A stretch of DNA of 63,249 nt, filler included, from Chiloscyllium plagiosum (taxonomy: Eukaryota): the NCBI RefSeq assembly GCF_004010195.1. It is 5 parts of one record of this genome, joined end to end, with 100 filler letters (N's around TTAATTAATTAA, not from the genome) between each part and the next. Parts side by side here need not be neighbours in the genome. Positions count along the whole stretch, not along the records: positions 17,193 to 41,210 come from NC_057715.1; 4 more parts are not named here. One strand, written 5' to 3'. The notes beneath the pieces were generated by a model. That model was not told the DNA's origin. It searched no databases and saw only the letters and a program-made list of their open reading frames with translations. The position numbers and the translations under genes were made by a program. Below, piece by piece: positions 26,736 to 40,747 of the stretch. Each line of letters begins with the position of its first letter. Position 1 is the stretch's first letter.

Positions 26736-29700
26736 AAATAATTGCTCTTTGGACAAAAAAAGTGAACATCTAAAAAGAGAGAGATAGGGAGGCTCCCTGT
26801 ATGGATGACAACTTAAAACAGTATTTTCATAAGATTTTGTTCATACAGTCATTGCAGAGGAGTGAAATTCCAGTTATTTGTTGTTGATTAGAAAGTAACA
26901 GAGGCTGAGTACAAATGCTTGTAGACACGAAAAATGAGAATATAATAATTTTATCCAGGAATTCAAATAGGTCAATGGCCTCAAAACATCTACAGTTGTG
27001 AACTTTCCTAAATATACTACTCTAGAGGGACCTCTGCATTCCGGATCTTCAATTTCCATTGGTCCACCATTGGCATTCAATTCCAGAATTTCTTCCCATA
27101 CCGACGCTCCTCCAAGTTGCTTCTTAAAACATCGTCCTTGGCCAAGCATTTGGTCATCTGTCATAATATCCTGTGGCTGGGTATCAAGCTTTGTCTGAAT
27201 TACCCTGTTGTGAAGTTCCTTGGGTGTATTTCACTATATTTAAAAGTACTTTGTCAATACAAGTTGTTGTTGCTAATCCAATGAAGTTCAACTTCTTAAA
27301 TTAAAGGGACCAAGCAACAAATATCTTGGTAAAGATATTCCCACCTCCACACTTCCACCCCACCTGAAGTAATTCTGGAAATGTTTTTAATTGACAGAAA
27401 GACTGGCTATTTCCAAATATCTGAAAAGTTTACACAAACCATCCACGGTCCTGTTAATGCAGTCAGATAAATGGCTTCTTCCTCTTCATTGCTTGCAGAC
27501 TTCAAAAATCCACAAGTAAAAAGAAACCTAAATATTTCTCCAACTGCTGTCTTCAGTTTCTCTAAATTTTAGTGCATGCAGAATGCAAGAACATCTGCTG
27601 GCAATACCCTCAGCTCCAAGAATCCACACCCTGACCCAACCAAGTAACGGTGCCCCTTAAGTCCAGTGTCAGGACCTTTGATCAGTTCTACTAAAGCTTT
27701 AATACTGTGAAGTACCACTTTCTCTACATCCTCAGTTTTCACAAAATGTTAAAAAAAATTTAAAGAAATGAATAGTCCAGTAGGGAGGTATATATAATAC
27801 AATGAGTATTAAATTTATGAATAAAGCCACTAAATGGCAGGTTTTATTTAAGAAAGAAACATTATAGTCTCCATGTACTCCATTACCACCACAAAAAAAA
27901 GAGAAATCCACAGAAAATCCCTCAATACAACATAATTTGGTTTACCAATCACCATAAATTTTGACCATGTTCGGGCCATTACGTAGGTAACTACCAATTT
28001 CAGCTTCTAATTAAATAGCACCTTTCATATGTTAAGACGTCTTAAAATACTTCCCAGAAGTATAATCAGACTAAACAGATGCCAAACAATATCATAGTTT
28101 GGATAATCTGCTCTCAATACATTACAAAGCTCCATAGATCATATTGCATTAGATTTCAATGTCACATCAGAGACAGTTTTATCCTAACATAAGCAAAGTT
28201 ACATGCATCAGACTAGTGATGAAAGTTAGTTTCACACAGGAGAAAGTGCAAGCTAAATCAACAGCTGCAATAAACCACATGACAAAAAAAATCAAAAACT
28301 CCACACTGGTAGCCTGAGAGTTAAAGGCAAGACTCAAGATTATTTTTAAATATGGATTTTTACAATCAGCTAAACCTCACTTTACTACCTTCTAGCTTTC
28401 CACTATAATTGGACAAGTATTTAAATACAGTGTCTCAGTTTCCCCTCCCTCCAACATAGTGATTCCACACATGATCTTATTAGCAGATCTGTCAAACCAT
28501 GTTAAAACTGGTCCATGATTAAACCCAGATTTAATAGCCACAACATATACATTTTCCATCCGCAAAAAAAGGGAGCAGATGTCTCCATTTTGCTTTTCAA
28601 GGTAGTGTGTTTAATTACCTGCAAAGCAACCTGAGTATAAAGCATACTTGATATTCACAAGTAACATTTTGCTGAAAAATGTTCTAAAATGCTCTTTTTT
28701 TAAAAAAAATACTGCATCATTCTCCAATTCCCCAACAGCAACACCAAGGGCGATCATACAGTACGGAAGCGGTCATTCAGCCCATTGGGTCTGTACAGCC
28801 AAGGCCGCACTAAATGTACACAAGACCCACCTCCAGCACTAGGCCCATAGCCTCAAAATGTTATGATACTCAAAAGTTCATCCATGTACATTTTGAAGGT
28901 GAGAGGTTTCAACTACCCTCTCATGTATGAGGTAGCTCTCCTATTTCTAACTATTCTCAGCTAACTTGTTGCTTGTCAACTACAACGTTATTTTGCAGAG
29001 TTCACAGCACAGTGACAGGTGCATAACAGATCATCACATCAAACATTAACAGTGTATATAAACGTAGATCATTTGTTTCCAATTCTTGCAACAGGAAATA
29101 TGCCCAAGGAAAAAATATGCATTCTCAGACTAACATTAAAGAGAAAGAGAAAGGTACATATGGCAGTCAATGAATCACTCTTGATTCAGCCAAACTATCC
29201 AAATGTAGAAGGAAATCTCGCAGAACAATAAACAGCTAAACAGCACTACACTGATTAATTGCTTGGTCTATTTGCTGCACAGGAACATCACATGCACCTG
29301 TTATGCAGTTGTACACTGGAATAGTACATCCTCAGATTCAATAGTGTAACTTTTATGAAATACAAAAAAAACTGCTGCATGACACCAGTTTCTTTCGAAG
29401 AAAATGTGTAGGCATCCCAATTTGTGTAAAGAATGACAGCATTCTCTACGAACAGATCATCATATGCCACTGCATACTTAAAATTTTTGTTGTTATACCC
29501 AAAGCATAAATCTCACCAAAGTATGGAATCCTGAAGCTTTGCAGTATAGAAAGTGGCCTTTCAAGCCACCACATTACTTGCGAACTCCCTTAAAACATGA
29601 GTAATCTACCCACTTTCACAAAGTGAAGATGGTCTTGGTCTCATTTGTCTCATTCCAGTCAAACGTTCATTTACCTAAAATGTTTCTTTTAAACATAGAC

Positions 29701-30879
29701 ATTCGTTTAATTCCTTAAATGCAGTTTACAAGAAAAAAAAGGATGCACACAATAACACGTCAACATTCCTACCATGTATCCCAATCATGCAAAATTGGCA
29801 CATGAAGCTGGTTGGTAACCTGCTACTTCCTAAACTATGCACTCAAGAACGTGATTGGAGCCAAAAAAGAATGCAATTTCAAAATAAAACAACTTTCCTT
29901 AGTGTTTCATCGCATTTAATCACCTCAAAACACTTCACATAATTAATTTTTTTTGGAATGCAGATGTTGGAGTGCACTGCAGTGATTTGGTGCCAGTAGA
30001 TAATGCAATGACTGGCTCATCCATCTGTTTTGTTGGTGGTAGAGATTGAAGGAGGGATGTTGGCCAAGCAATTGTAATAATATTGTTTTCTTACATGGAA
30101 TCTTTCAAGACTACCTTGACTGAATATCAACTTAAAAACAGCCCCTCTGCAATGCTTTGCTCTATTTGTGCACTCGAGTAACAGCCAGAATCATGTCTGG
30201 TTGTAGCTCCCCAGCCCACAACCCTCCTACCCAAATGCCACCAACTGATCCGCTCTATGAAAGGTCTCTATCTAGTGTTGGTGGTTCTGCTTTTATTCCT
30301 AGGATTTATTTTACACTGTCTAGTATTTCAGTAAAATAGTAGAGAGGAAGAGACACATTGGGAGAAATTGAAATAATTGAATCTCTGCTTCACAATTCCA
30401 TTAATCTTGGCGTTTCTGTTCCAACATACAGCATCACCAGAAATCCCACACTCATTAACTCTGGCCTGCTTTTCTGATATCCTCCACTGAACCTGCTGGT
30501 CTGAATCAGCCGAGCAGCAGATTTTTTTGGGCTCCACATGAAGTGGTGTTTTCCTGCCAATTACAATTTGCTAACGTTGAACCATGTATAGCCCAATACA
30601 AACTGAGGTCTTCTCATGAAAAATAAATAGGTAAAGGGAATACGTAGAAGCTAAAGACGTGTCAAGTTTCTTAATCCTCTGATGTCTAACGTTAATTTTT
30701 TTCTAAAAACGACTGACAAGACAATCTCCATCCCTTTATGTTGGGTCTGTGGTGCAAAACGTACCAATTGTTTCATGCTTACGTGTAAAAAAAAACAACG
30801 CTCAGTTATCAAATGAAAAAAAATCAATGCGCAGTTACCACGTCGGTTTTTAAAAAAAAACGATCTATGAATAAACAGA

Positions 30880-31769
<890 letters not shown>

Positions 31770-32795
31770 TCATGTTTATTTTTGCAGCAGGAATACCACC
31801 ACGCTGTCCATAACACTATTTCAAATAAGTGTCTTAGCTAACATTTTTCGCTCAATCAACATTGCAAGAAAAATTGCTCATTTTCACATGATTATTTGCG
31901 GGAGCTTACTGTGCACAAACTGGCTGACGCGTTTCCTTCACTACAACAACAACATTCACAATGTACCTCCGACTGGAGTATGCTCGGGTCAATCTCGAGG
32001 ACTTGAAAGGTGCTACACAAGTTTTTTTTGGTTGCGCTAGACTTAATGTCTCCAAATTACAAATCTTTTTGTAACTTTTTTTTCAAAAAAATCATCATCT
32101 AAGGGAACATTTGCTTCCAGTCTGACAGGGCAGGTGATCCTCATGAACAGTTGTCATGAATCCAGGTTTGGATTTTATAGATTTTTTTTGCAAAGCAAAA
32201 GCAGAGTATTGCAGAAGTTTAAAATCTGAAATAAAAGCACATAATACTGGGCAGATCAGGCAGCATGAGGGGAGAAAGTTGAATTAAAGTTTCCGTTTGA
32301 TAGCTGTTCATCATAACTCGGCGACTCCCTCATTAGGTGCACGCCCTCTCCACCCCTCCATTCCCGAAACCTTCCTTTCCCACCGCATTAGTTGTAAAAC
32401 CTGCGTCCGCACTATCCCCTCACCTCCGTCCAAGGCCCTAAAGGATCCTTCCACATCTAGTAGACATGATTTGGAGATGCCGGTGTTGGACTAGGGTGTA
32501 CAAATCACACAATACCAGGTTAAAGTTCAATTGGAAGCACTAGCTTTCGGTGTGGCGCTCCTTCATCAGGTAGACAACTGTCCTGCCATACAGCCCTGCA
32601 TCCCTGATTTTCACTTAGATAGTGCCTGTAATATCGATATAGTTTCTGATCTAAGAAAATGCATCTGGACTAGTCACAGGCAGGAACAGGTGAAAATCGA
32701 CAAAGACAAAAGAAAATAAGCAAGATCATAGAGATGTACATAGAGAGACAGACCCTTCAGTCCAACTCGTCCATGCTGACCAGTATCCTAAATTA

Positions 32796-32972
32796 GGCAG
32801 CATCCAGGGAACAGGAGAATCGACGTTTCGGGCATAAGCCCTTCTTCAGGAAGGGCTTATGCCCGAAACGTCGATTCTCCTGTTCCCTGGATGCTGCCTG
32901 ACCTGCTGCGCTTTTCCAGCAACACATTTTCAGCTCTGATCTCCAGCATCTGCAGACCTCACTTTTCCTCAA
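32796..32972. mobile_element. Palindromic Penelope-terminus mini-insertion with 14-bp TSD, nested in a CR1 tail
   Basis: Same family as 7267-7487. TSD AGTATCCTAAATTA at 32782-32795 and 32973-32986. Confidence 0.85.
32815..32852 (-). ncRNA. Minimal type I hammerhead ribozyme core (Penelope family A)
   Basis: CUGAAGA-A-GGGC(UUAU)GCCC-GAA-ACGU-C: catalytic core boxes, stem II, palindromic helix III. Helix I is very short. Confidence 0.55.
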
Positions 32973-33710
32973 AGTATCCTAAATTAATCTAGTCCAGTTT
33001 GCCAGCATTTGGCCCATATTGCTCTAAACCATTCCTATTCATATACCCATCCAGATGCCTTTTAAATGTTATAATTGTAATGGCGTCCACGACTTCCTTT
33101 GGCAGCTTACTCTTATGCCCGAAACGTCGATTCTCCTGTTCCCTGGATGCTGCCTGACCTGCTGCGCTTTTCCAGCAACACATTTCCTACTCCATACACA
33201 CCACTCTCTGTGTGAAAAAATGACAAACTACTCAAAATGATGGATGTTAAGGAGGGTGTTAAAGGTGACAATGCAGAAAGGCTTCTGTGGGGGCACGTGC
33301 TCTTGTACTGAGGGAGGAGATGATATAGTATGGGTGCCAATGTGGTCGACAAAGGCAGAAATAGGAGATTTCAGAGGATTGGAAGTTGGGGTGGTTGGTT
33401 ACAGATTAAAGGACAGGCCAAACCTTTCAGGGATTCAAACAAGAAGTTGAACTGCTGCTACTGCTGTTGTTGCTTGCCATCATCCTTGATGTTCAATGGT
33501 GTTACTATCGCTCAATCCACCACAATCAACACCATTGACCAGAAGCTGAACTGGTTTAGCCATATAAATACATTAGCTACAAGAGCAGGTCAGGGGCTGG
33601 GAAATCTGTAGTGAGTAACTCACCTCCTGACTCATCAATGTTTCTCCATCACCTACAACGCACAAGTCATGGATAGGTTACTCTCTACTTAGCTTAGCAT
33701 GTGCATGTCT

Positions 33711-35533
33711 TTTTTTCCTTTTTTTAAAAAAAATTTTTCCACAAATTTACAAAAGAAACCTAAAAAAAACCCAAGTATAAACATTGATATACAGTTAAAT
33801 CTTAAATAAATGATCACCAAAATCTATCAAACAAGGAAACAGAAATACCAAGAGAAAAAAAGACAAAACTTAACTAACTACTCATCTAACTTACAACTAA
33901 CCAGAGTGTACCATTAAAATTCTTACATTATTCAAGAGAAAAAAAATCCAATGGATAACACATAAATTCACATGCTCGGAATGTGTTAACATCAGATCAC
34001 AACAAAACCTGTATTTATCCAAAACATCCCGAGCATAGAGCATATAAAATTCACAAAAATAAAAGCTCTTTAGTACATTCAGATCAATATAATAAAAAGA
34101 TTTCTAAATAATAAAAAAAAGTATAAAAAGTATTTAAATGGAGATCCTCCCCCTTATTCCCAGGGGGCAAGACTTCCTTTCCAAAAAACCCATCATATCC
34201 TCTCCCAACCAGTGCTCCACCCTTGACCCAGGGACCCCACGATAGGATAAAGAAAATTCAAGTATACTACTGAACTAGAACGAACAGTGAGTACCTTATC
34301 CCCCCACCCATACCAACACCTGGATATATTTGGTAATGTTAATACCATATATGAACATATATGACTATAAAATTACAGTCTCAGCAAATAATAATTAAAT
34401 ATATTAATACAAAATAACAGGGGAAAACAACCCCGCTTAAAGGATGAATAAATAAGTCCTTCTTCCCACCCCCCTGGGGATAATATTAAACAGTAAGATA
34501 ATAAAAGGAAAAAAAAGGGGGGTAGACTGAGATGGGGGTAGGGCAAAACAACATCAATTAACTCTTATAGTTTGTCCACGAGAGTCCAAAAGTTCCTTGG
34601 CCTTCTCCGGTGATTCAAAGTTAATTCATGGCTAAAGCATAGTATAGCTGGGTAGCGCAAAGAGTATTGAATGTTTAAATCCCTTAAACATTTCTTTGCT
34701 TCATCAAAGGCCTTCCTCTCTCGAACCAAAGCTGGGGAAAAGTCCTGAAATAACATAATCTTGGATCCTTTATGAATCATGGCTTGTGGATCTTTCCCAA
34801 GATTTCTGGAGGCTTTCAAAAGCATCTGCCTCACCTTATAGCTCTGCAGTCGGAACAGGACCGGGCGAGAGCGCTGGTTCGAGCCGGGCCCGCGTATTGC
34901 GACCCGTTAGGCCCATTCTACCCTTACCTGGCCTGATCCAGCCTTCAGATTCAATAACTGTGGAAATCACTGTTCAAGGAATCTTGTAAATTCTCGAGGT
35001 CATCAGTGTGGTTCTCTAAGGTCCAGACTTACTGCTCGAGAGTCTGGACCCGATCCACGGCTGATTCTGCAATGGCTTCGGGGGTCGCGGCCTTTAGCTC
35101 TGTCCCTCTGACTCGGCATTCAATTTCTTCGATGTCTCGGCCATGCTTTTGTAGCGCGGCCAAGAGTTAATTCCACCGACTTCTGGACTCTTCTGTGAAA
35201 GCATCGATCTTCGCGTCGAGTTTGGAAATTATTTCCACGAGGCTCGCCAACGTAGGTAAGTCCCCCGGGGCGGCTGCGGACGTCTCTGCTGCAGCTGGAG
35301 AGGGTGGGGGAGGGGCTGCTGCCTGCTGAGAACTGCAGGGTCTTTTCCCCCTAGTCATTTTTACAGGAGACTGAACTGTATAAATTTAGTACTAAACCAC
35401 TAATTACATTAAATAAAAACTATTTTTAGTTGATTTGGTGAGTGTGGTGGGGGAGGGTGGCCCACTTTGCCTAGGTCTTGGGAGGAGCACTAGAGACTCA
35501 GACTTGCTGAGTCGCCGCCATCTTGGATCTCCG
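33711..35533 (-). mobile_element. ORF1-only L1-clade element (HAL1-like) with poly(A) and 15-bp TSD
   Basis: TSD AGCATGTGCATGTCT at 33696-33710 and 35534-35548. 5' end GGAGATCCAAGATGGCGG. ORF1 coiled coil and CTD (IMLFQDFS...YPA). No ORF2 seen. T-run tail at 33711-33725. Confidence 0.8.
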
Positions 35534-35724
35534 AGCATGTGCATGTCTAACAACATTCCAGAAGCAACCAAAGTAAAATAAATAAGTTTATTAAATTGGC
35601 ACCGCGTCAACCACTTTCAATATTCACTCCATACGAACACCACCATCTGCCAACAAGGACAGGAACAGAAATCACTGGCATCCATACTACTCCTGGCCTC
35701 AATTCTTGCACAGCTCACACCCCA

Positions 35725-36660
35725 GCATGAATAGGTTGGACTTGTACTCACTGGAGTTTACAAGAATGAGGGAAGACCTACAGGGAGGATGTTGTGAAAC
35801 TTGCAAGGTTCAGAAAAGATTTACAAGGATGTTATCAGGGTTGGAGGGTTTGAGCTACAGGGAGAGGCTGAATAGTCTGGCGCTGTTTTCCCTGGAGCAT
35901 CAGAGGCTCAGGGGTGACTTGATAGGAGTTTATAAAATCATGAGGGACATGGATAGGGTAAATAGACAAGGTCTTTTCCTTGGAATGGGGGAGAGCAGAA
36001 CTAGAGGGCATAGGTTTAAGGTGAGAGGGAAATTTAAAAGGGACCTAAGGGGCAACATTTTCATGCAGAGAGTGGTGCATGTATGGAATAAGCTGCCAGA
36101 GGAAGTCGTGGAGGCTGGTACAATTACATTTAAAAGTCACCTGGATGGGTATATGAATTGGAAGGGTTTAGCGGGATATGGGCCAAGTGCTAGCAAATGG
36201 GACTAGATTAATTTAGGATATCTGGTCAGCATGAATGAGTTGGACCGAAGGGTCTGTTTCCGTGCTGTACATCTCTATGACTCTGTGAAACATACAAGAT
36301 TCTGAGAGGACTTGATAGATTAGATGGGGAATGGTTGTTCCTTCTTTTGGGAGAGTCTAGAACCAGGTAGCATGATCTTAGAATAAGGGGTTGCCCATAA
36401 AAGGCAGAAATGAGAAGAAATTTCTTCTCTCAGAGTGTAATGAATTTGTAGAATCCTTTAACACAGTGAGCTGTCAAAGTTGTGTTAATTATATTCAAGG
36501 TTGAGTTGGACAGATTTCAAATCAGTAAGGAATAAAGGAGTATCATGAAATGCAGAAACTTGACTTGAAGATTACTAGATTAGTCATGATCTCACTGAAT
36601 AGTGGAGTAGACTTGATGGGCTGAATGGCCCATTTCTGCTGTTCTGTCTTATGGTCTAAC
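35725..36660 (+). mobile_element. Young CR1 (35785-36286) nested in an older CR1
   Basis: KVQKRFTRML...WD plus tail. The older copy resumes at 36287. Confidence 0.85.
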
Positions 36661-37302
36661 CATTACTAGAAATGTAATAACTCAATATCTGAACGTAGAG
36701 AAAATAAATGGAAGACTCCAGTATGGATTTCAGGAAGGAAGAATATGCTGAATTAACCTGAGAAGAATTCATTGAGAAGTGATAGATATAGTGAATGTGA
36801 GAAATGCTCTGGCTGTGGTTCACTGAAACTTTCAGAAAAGCTTTGATCAGGTACCATACAGGAGACTACTGCAAAGGATTAAGAGATATATGATGAGCCA
36901 GCATTGGAGCGGAGAGGGCAGCAATTTACCTTGATAGGAAATAGTGAATAGGAATTGAAGGCTTATCTTAGACTGGTCATTAGACACCAAAGAGATAAAC
37001 AGATCTCCATCTATAGATTCTTGTTCTGGGACCACTTATATTCACTGCAGTCATCCACAATAACTACTTATATTGGATAGCAACACTTTAATGTAACAAG
37101 GCATCTCAGTACAAAATATGACACTGGGCCACACAGGAAATATTGAGTTGATGGGCAAAAAAATTGCTCAAGAAGGTAAGTTTAATGAAATATTTTAAGA
37201 GAATAAAAGGTTTTTGGGTGTGAATTCCAGAGCATAGGGACGAGACCACATCAACTACGGCCACCAATGCTGGAGCAATTAAAATCAGAGATGCTCAAGA
37301 GA

Positions 37303-38349
37303 GAGGTATAGTGGACAGCAAAGAGGGTTACCTCAGATTACAACAGGATCTTGATCAGATAGGCCAATGGGCTGAGGAGTGGGAGATGGAGTTTAATTCA
37401 GATAAATGTAAAGTGCTGCAAGTCAAATCAGGGCAGGAATTATACACTTTCTAGGGAGTGTTGCTGAACAAAGAGACTTTGGAGTGCAGGTTCATAGCTC
37501 CTTGAAGATGGAGTTGCAGGTAGATAGGCTAAGGAAAAGGCATTGGCACGCTTGCCTTTGTTAGTCAGTGCATTGAGTATAGCACTTGACAGGTCAGGTT
37601 GCGGTAGTTCGGGACATTGATTAGGCCACTTTTAGAATATTGTGTGCAGTTCTAGTCTCCCTGCTGTAGGAAGGATGTTGTGAAACTTGAAAGGGTTCAG
37701 AAAAGATTTACAAGGATGTTGCCAGGGTTGGAGGATTTGAGCTATAGCGAGAGGCTGAATAGGCTAGGGCTGTTTTCCCTGGAGCATCGGAGGCTGAAGG
37801 GTGACCTCATAAAGATTTATAAAATCATGAGGGGCATGGATAGGATAAATAGACAAGGTCTTTTCCCTGAGGTGGGCGAACTAGAGGGCATAGGTTTAGT
37901 GAGAGGGGAAAGATATAAGAGAGACCTACGGGGCAACTTTTTCACGCAGAGGGTGGTGCGTGTATGGAATGAGCTGCCAGAGGAGAGGTTTACAAAATTA
38001 TGAGGGGCATGGATAGAGTAAATAGGCAAAGTCTTTTCCCTGGGGTCGGGGAGACCAGGACTAGAGGGCATAGGTTTAGGGTGAGAGAGGAAAGGTGTCA
38101 AAGAGACCTAAGGGGCAACATTTTCACACAGAGGTGGTACATGTATGGAATGAGCTGCCAGAGGATGTGGTGGAGGCTGGTACAATTGCAACATTTAAGA
38201 GGCATTTGGATGGGTATATGAGTAGGAAGGGTTTGGGGGGATATGGGCTTGGTGCTGGCAGGTGCAACTAGATTGGGCTGGGATAACTGGACGGGTTGGA
38301 CCAAAGGGTCTGTTTCCATGCTGGACATCTCTATGAATCTATGACTCTA
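37303..38349 (+). mobile_element. CR1 fragments (tandem or nested)
   Basis: RT C-terminal motifs occur twice, with a junction at ~37985. Confidence 0.88.
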
Positions 38350-39359
38350 AATGCAACTCTCTCAGAGGGTTCTGGCATGGAGGAGATTACAGAGGTAGGG
38401 TGGGCTGAGACCATAGAGGAAACTAAAAACAAGATGAAAATTTTAACGATAATGTTGAGCTTGTTTGGGAGCCAGTGTAATTCAGCAAACATTAAATGTA
38501 AGTTTGTCAAGATTAAGTCTTGTTTGCGAGGAGCAGATTTTTAAATGACCTCAAATATACAGAAGATAGAATGTGGGAAACCTGCTAGAAGTATTTAGCC
38601 TAGAGTCAAGTCGAGAGATAACAAAGGCAAGAATGAAGGTCTCAGTAGGAGATGAGCTCAGACAAGGGTGAAGTTGGGGGTGTTGGACAGAGATGGAGAT
38701 ATGCAATAGTAGAACTGCCATGAAACGTGTGAAAGGAAGACTATCTTGGGGTCAAGTGTGACACCAAGGTATCAAGCAGTCTGGCTTAGTGTTGCCGGAG
38801 AGAAGGATTGAGTCGATAGCCTTCAATCTTCTTCATAAGAATGGATCAGAATATGCATTTGTGATGGGAGTGATTATGTTAATGCATTGAAATAGTTTTT
38901 AGTACATCTTATTTAAAGTTAGAACTCTGATATGGTCAATTTCTTTCTTTTTATTTTATTATTCATTTCCACGTAATTTTTGAATAAATGCAAATAATTT
39001 CTGTATGGACAATAAAGAGGAATTTTAAAAATTCCTAATATTTAATGGGAGAAAATCTCACATCCAATACAGGATATCAGATATGCATTCTTATAATTTA
39101 GCAATAGTGGAGGAAGTAAGAGAGATAGCAATGAGCTACATGTAGAACTAACACAGTGCCTTTGAATAGTGTCATGGAGGATGATCTCACAGAGATGATT
39201 TAGATGAGAAATAAGAGAGATCCATGACTGAACCTTGAGGGTTATCAAATTAACTGTGTGGAAGTGGGAGAGGAGGAATTGCAAGTAATGGGATATGATT
39301 AAATAAATAAGAATGAAAATTGGATGACAGGAGAGGAGTTGGTAATGATTGGTATGCAC

Positions 39360-40495
39360 CTGATAGTACCGAGGCTAAAATATGAGCTGGATTTGGGACC
39401 TGGACATGAAGAGGCTGGACAATGGCATTGATAGCTCTTAGATCTTGAACCACTCTATATTGGTCTGGCTTGGCAGGCTTTATAGCCGTATTAGAATGTT
39501 ACAGGGTGATTGACAAGGGAACAGAATGTCTTGATGGAGAAAGTAATCAATTAGAGCAGTAAGGCTTGGTATTGCTTGTTGTTTCAGTGGGTATTAGTGG
39601 ATGGATAGGGCAGAATAGCATTTGGTTTTAAGGCAACGTGAATGATTTCGCAATTTGTGAGTCCAACATTGGAGGATGCTTCGGCCCATACATCAGGGTG
39701 GACTAAATCAAGGATATCCCAACTTTCATGGTGCTGGAGTGTGGCATTGTGAGAGTTAGGAGTTGGACAGTAGAGGATATGGAATGTTTGCAGCTGGTAG
39801 CAGTGTGGGTCAGGCCTGGTAACCACACCGCGGACCATAGAGCCCATGTCCAAAGCATGATGAAGCGGGTTACGAGTGATGTGAGGGGCTGAAGTGGCCG
39901 CTTGTTTCCACAGGTGAGAGGGTATTTGAACAAAATCTGCTTCGCCTTCTGGGCTGGTGACCCGAGCCAAAATCTGTACAGTCCATTCAGTTCCAATTAA
40001 GTCTGCAAAGAAGTCTTCAAAGGATTTGTCTTAGCCTGTCCGATCATAAACAAGGGTGATGTGACTTCCAGACCCTTGAGGGGTAAGATCGAGTGACCAC
40101 CATTGAGGTTTAGTGGACACATACAGTTGGCGTTCAACTGAGTTAGAGTCAAGTTGGACACCATCAGGGGAGCAGGCAAGTTTAACTTGAAAGGCACACA
40201 GCAGATCTCATCCCATTAGACTGAAGGATAACGTGGTTGTGATCACAAAGCAATGATCCAGGGAATAGCCCTGAAAATTGACAGGAACTGGATCAGAAAG
40301 TGGATACCTGTGGCTTTCTCCTTGAAAACCAAATAATTTCTTTGTCTCCTTTGACATTGGAAGATTCATGTCAGATTTCACAGAAGACATTGAGGCCCCT
40401 GTGTCAATCAGAAAGGGGTACCATCTGCTGTTAATTTTAAGTAAGACTGTGGGCTCCTGCTTGGAAGACACAGAGCATAAAAGAAAATTATTTAG
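39360..40495 (-). pseudogene. pol: ERV pro-pol N-terminal part (protease, 2H-like insert, RT start)
   Basis: One frame from 40495 to 39584 with internal stops at 40210 and 40033. Motifs DTGA, G(R>*)DLL, SHITL, APHIT, VWA...VGL, and after frameshifts YRVVQDLRAIN. Confidence 0.85.
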
Positions 40496-40747
40496 TCATT
40501 GGGAAAAGGGATTATTTTGTGAAAAATTGGTGATTTGTCCTCTGCCTCTTGCTTGTGGTGGAGGATGACTGTTATCAGAGGGTTTCCCCCAGTTGTCATA
40601 GAGGTGCTGAGGGTAGCTTCCACAAGTACTTCCTTGGTTCCCCCTTGTTGCCCCTTTAGGGCAATTAGAGGCCCAACAAAGAGGGTGCCCACAAATAAAG
40701 CAGCCTTGGGTCAGGCAGTCATGAGCCCAGTGAAATGGATTGCCACA

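Noticed and set aside
38400..39355. Continuation of ERV pol or env
   Set aside because: It reads as a decayed L2/CR1-type relic. No RT YxDD, integrase or env motifs were found.
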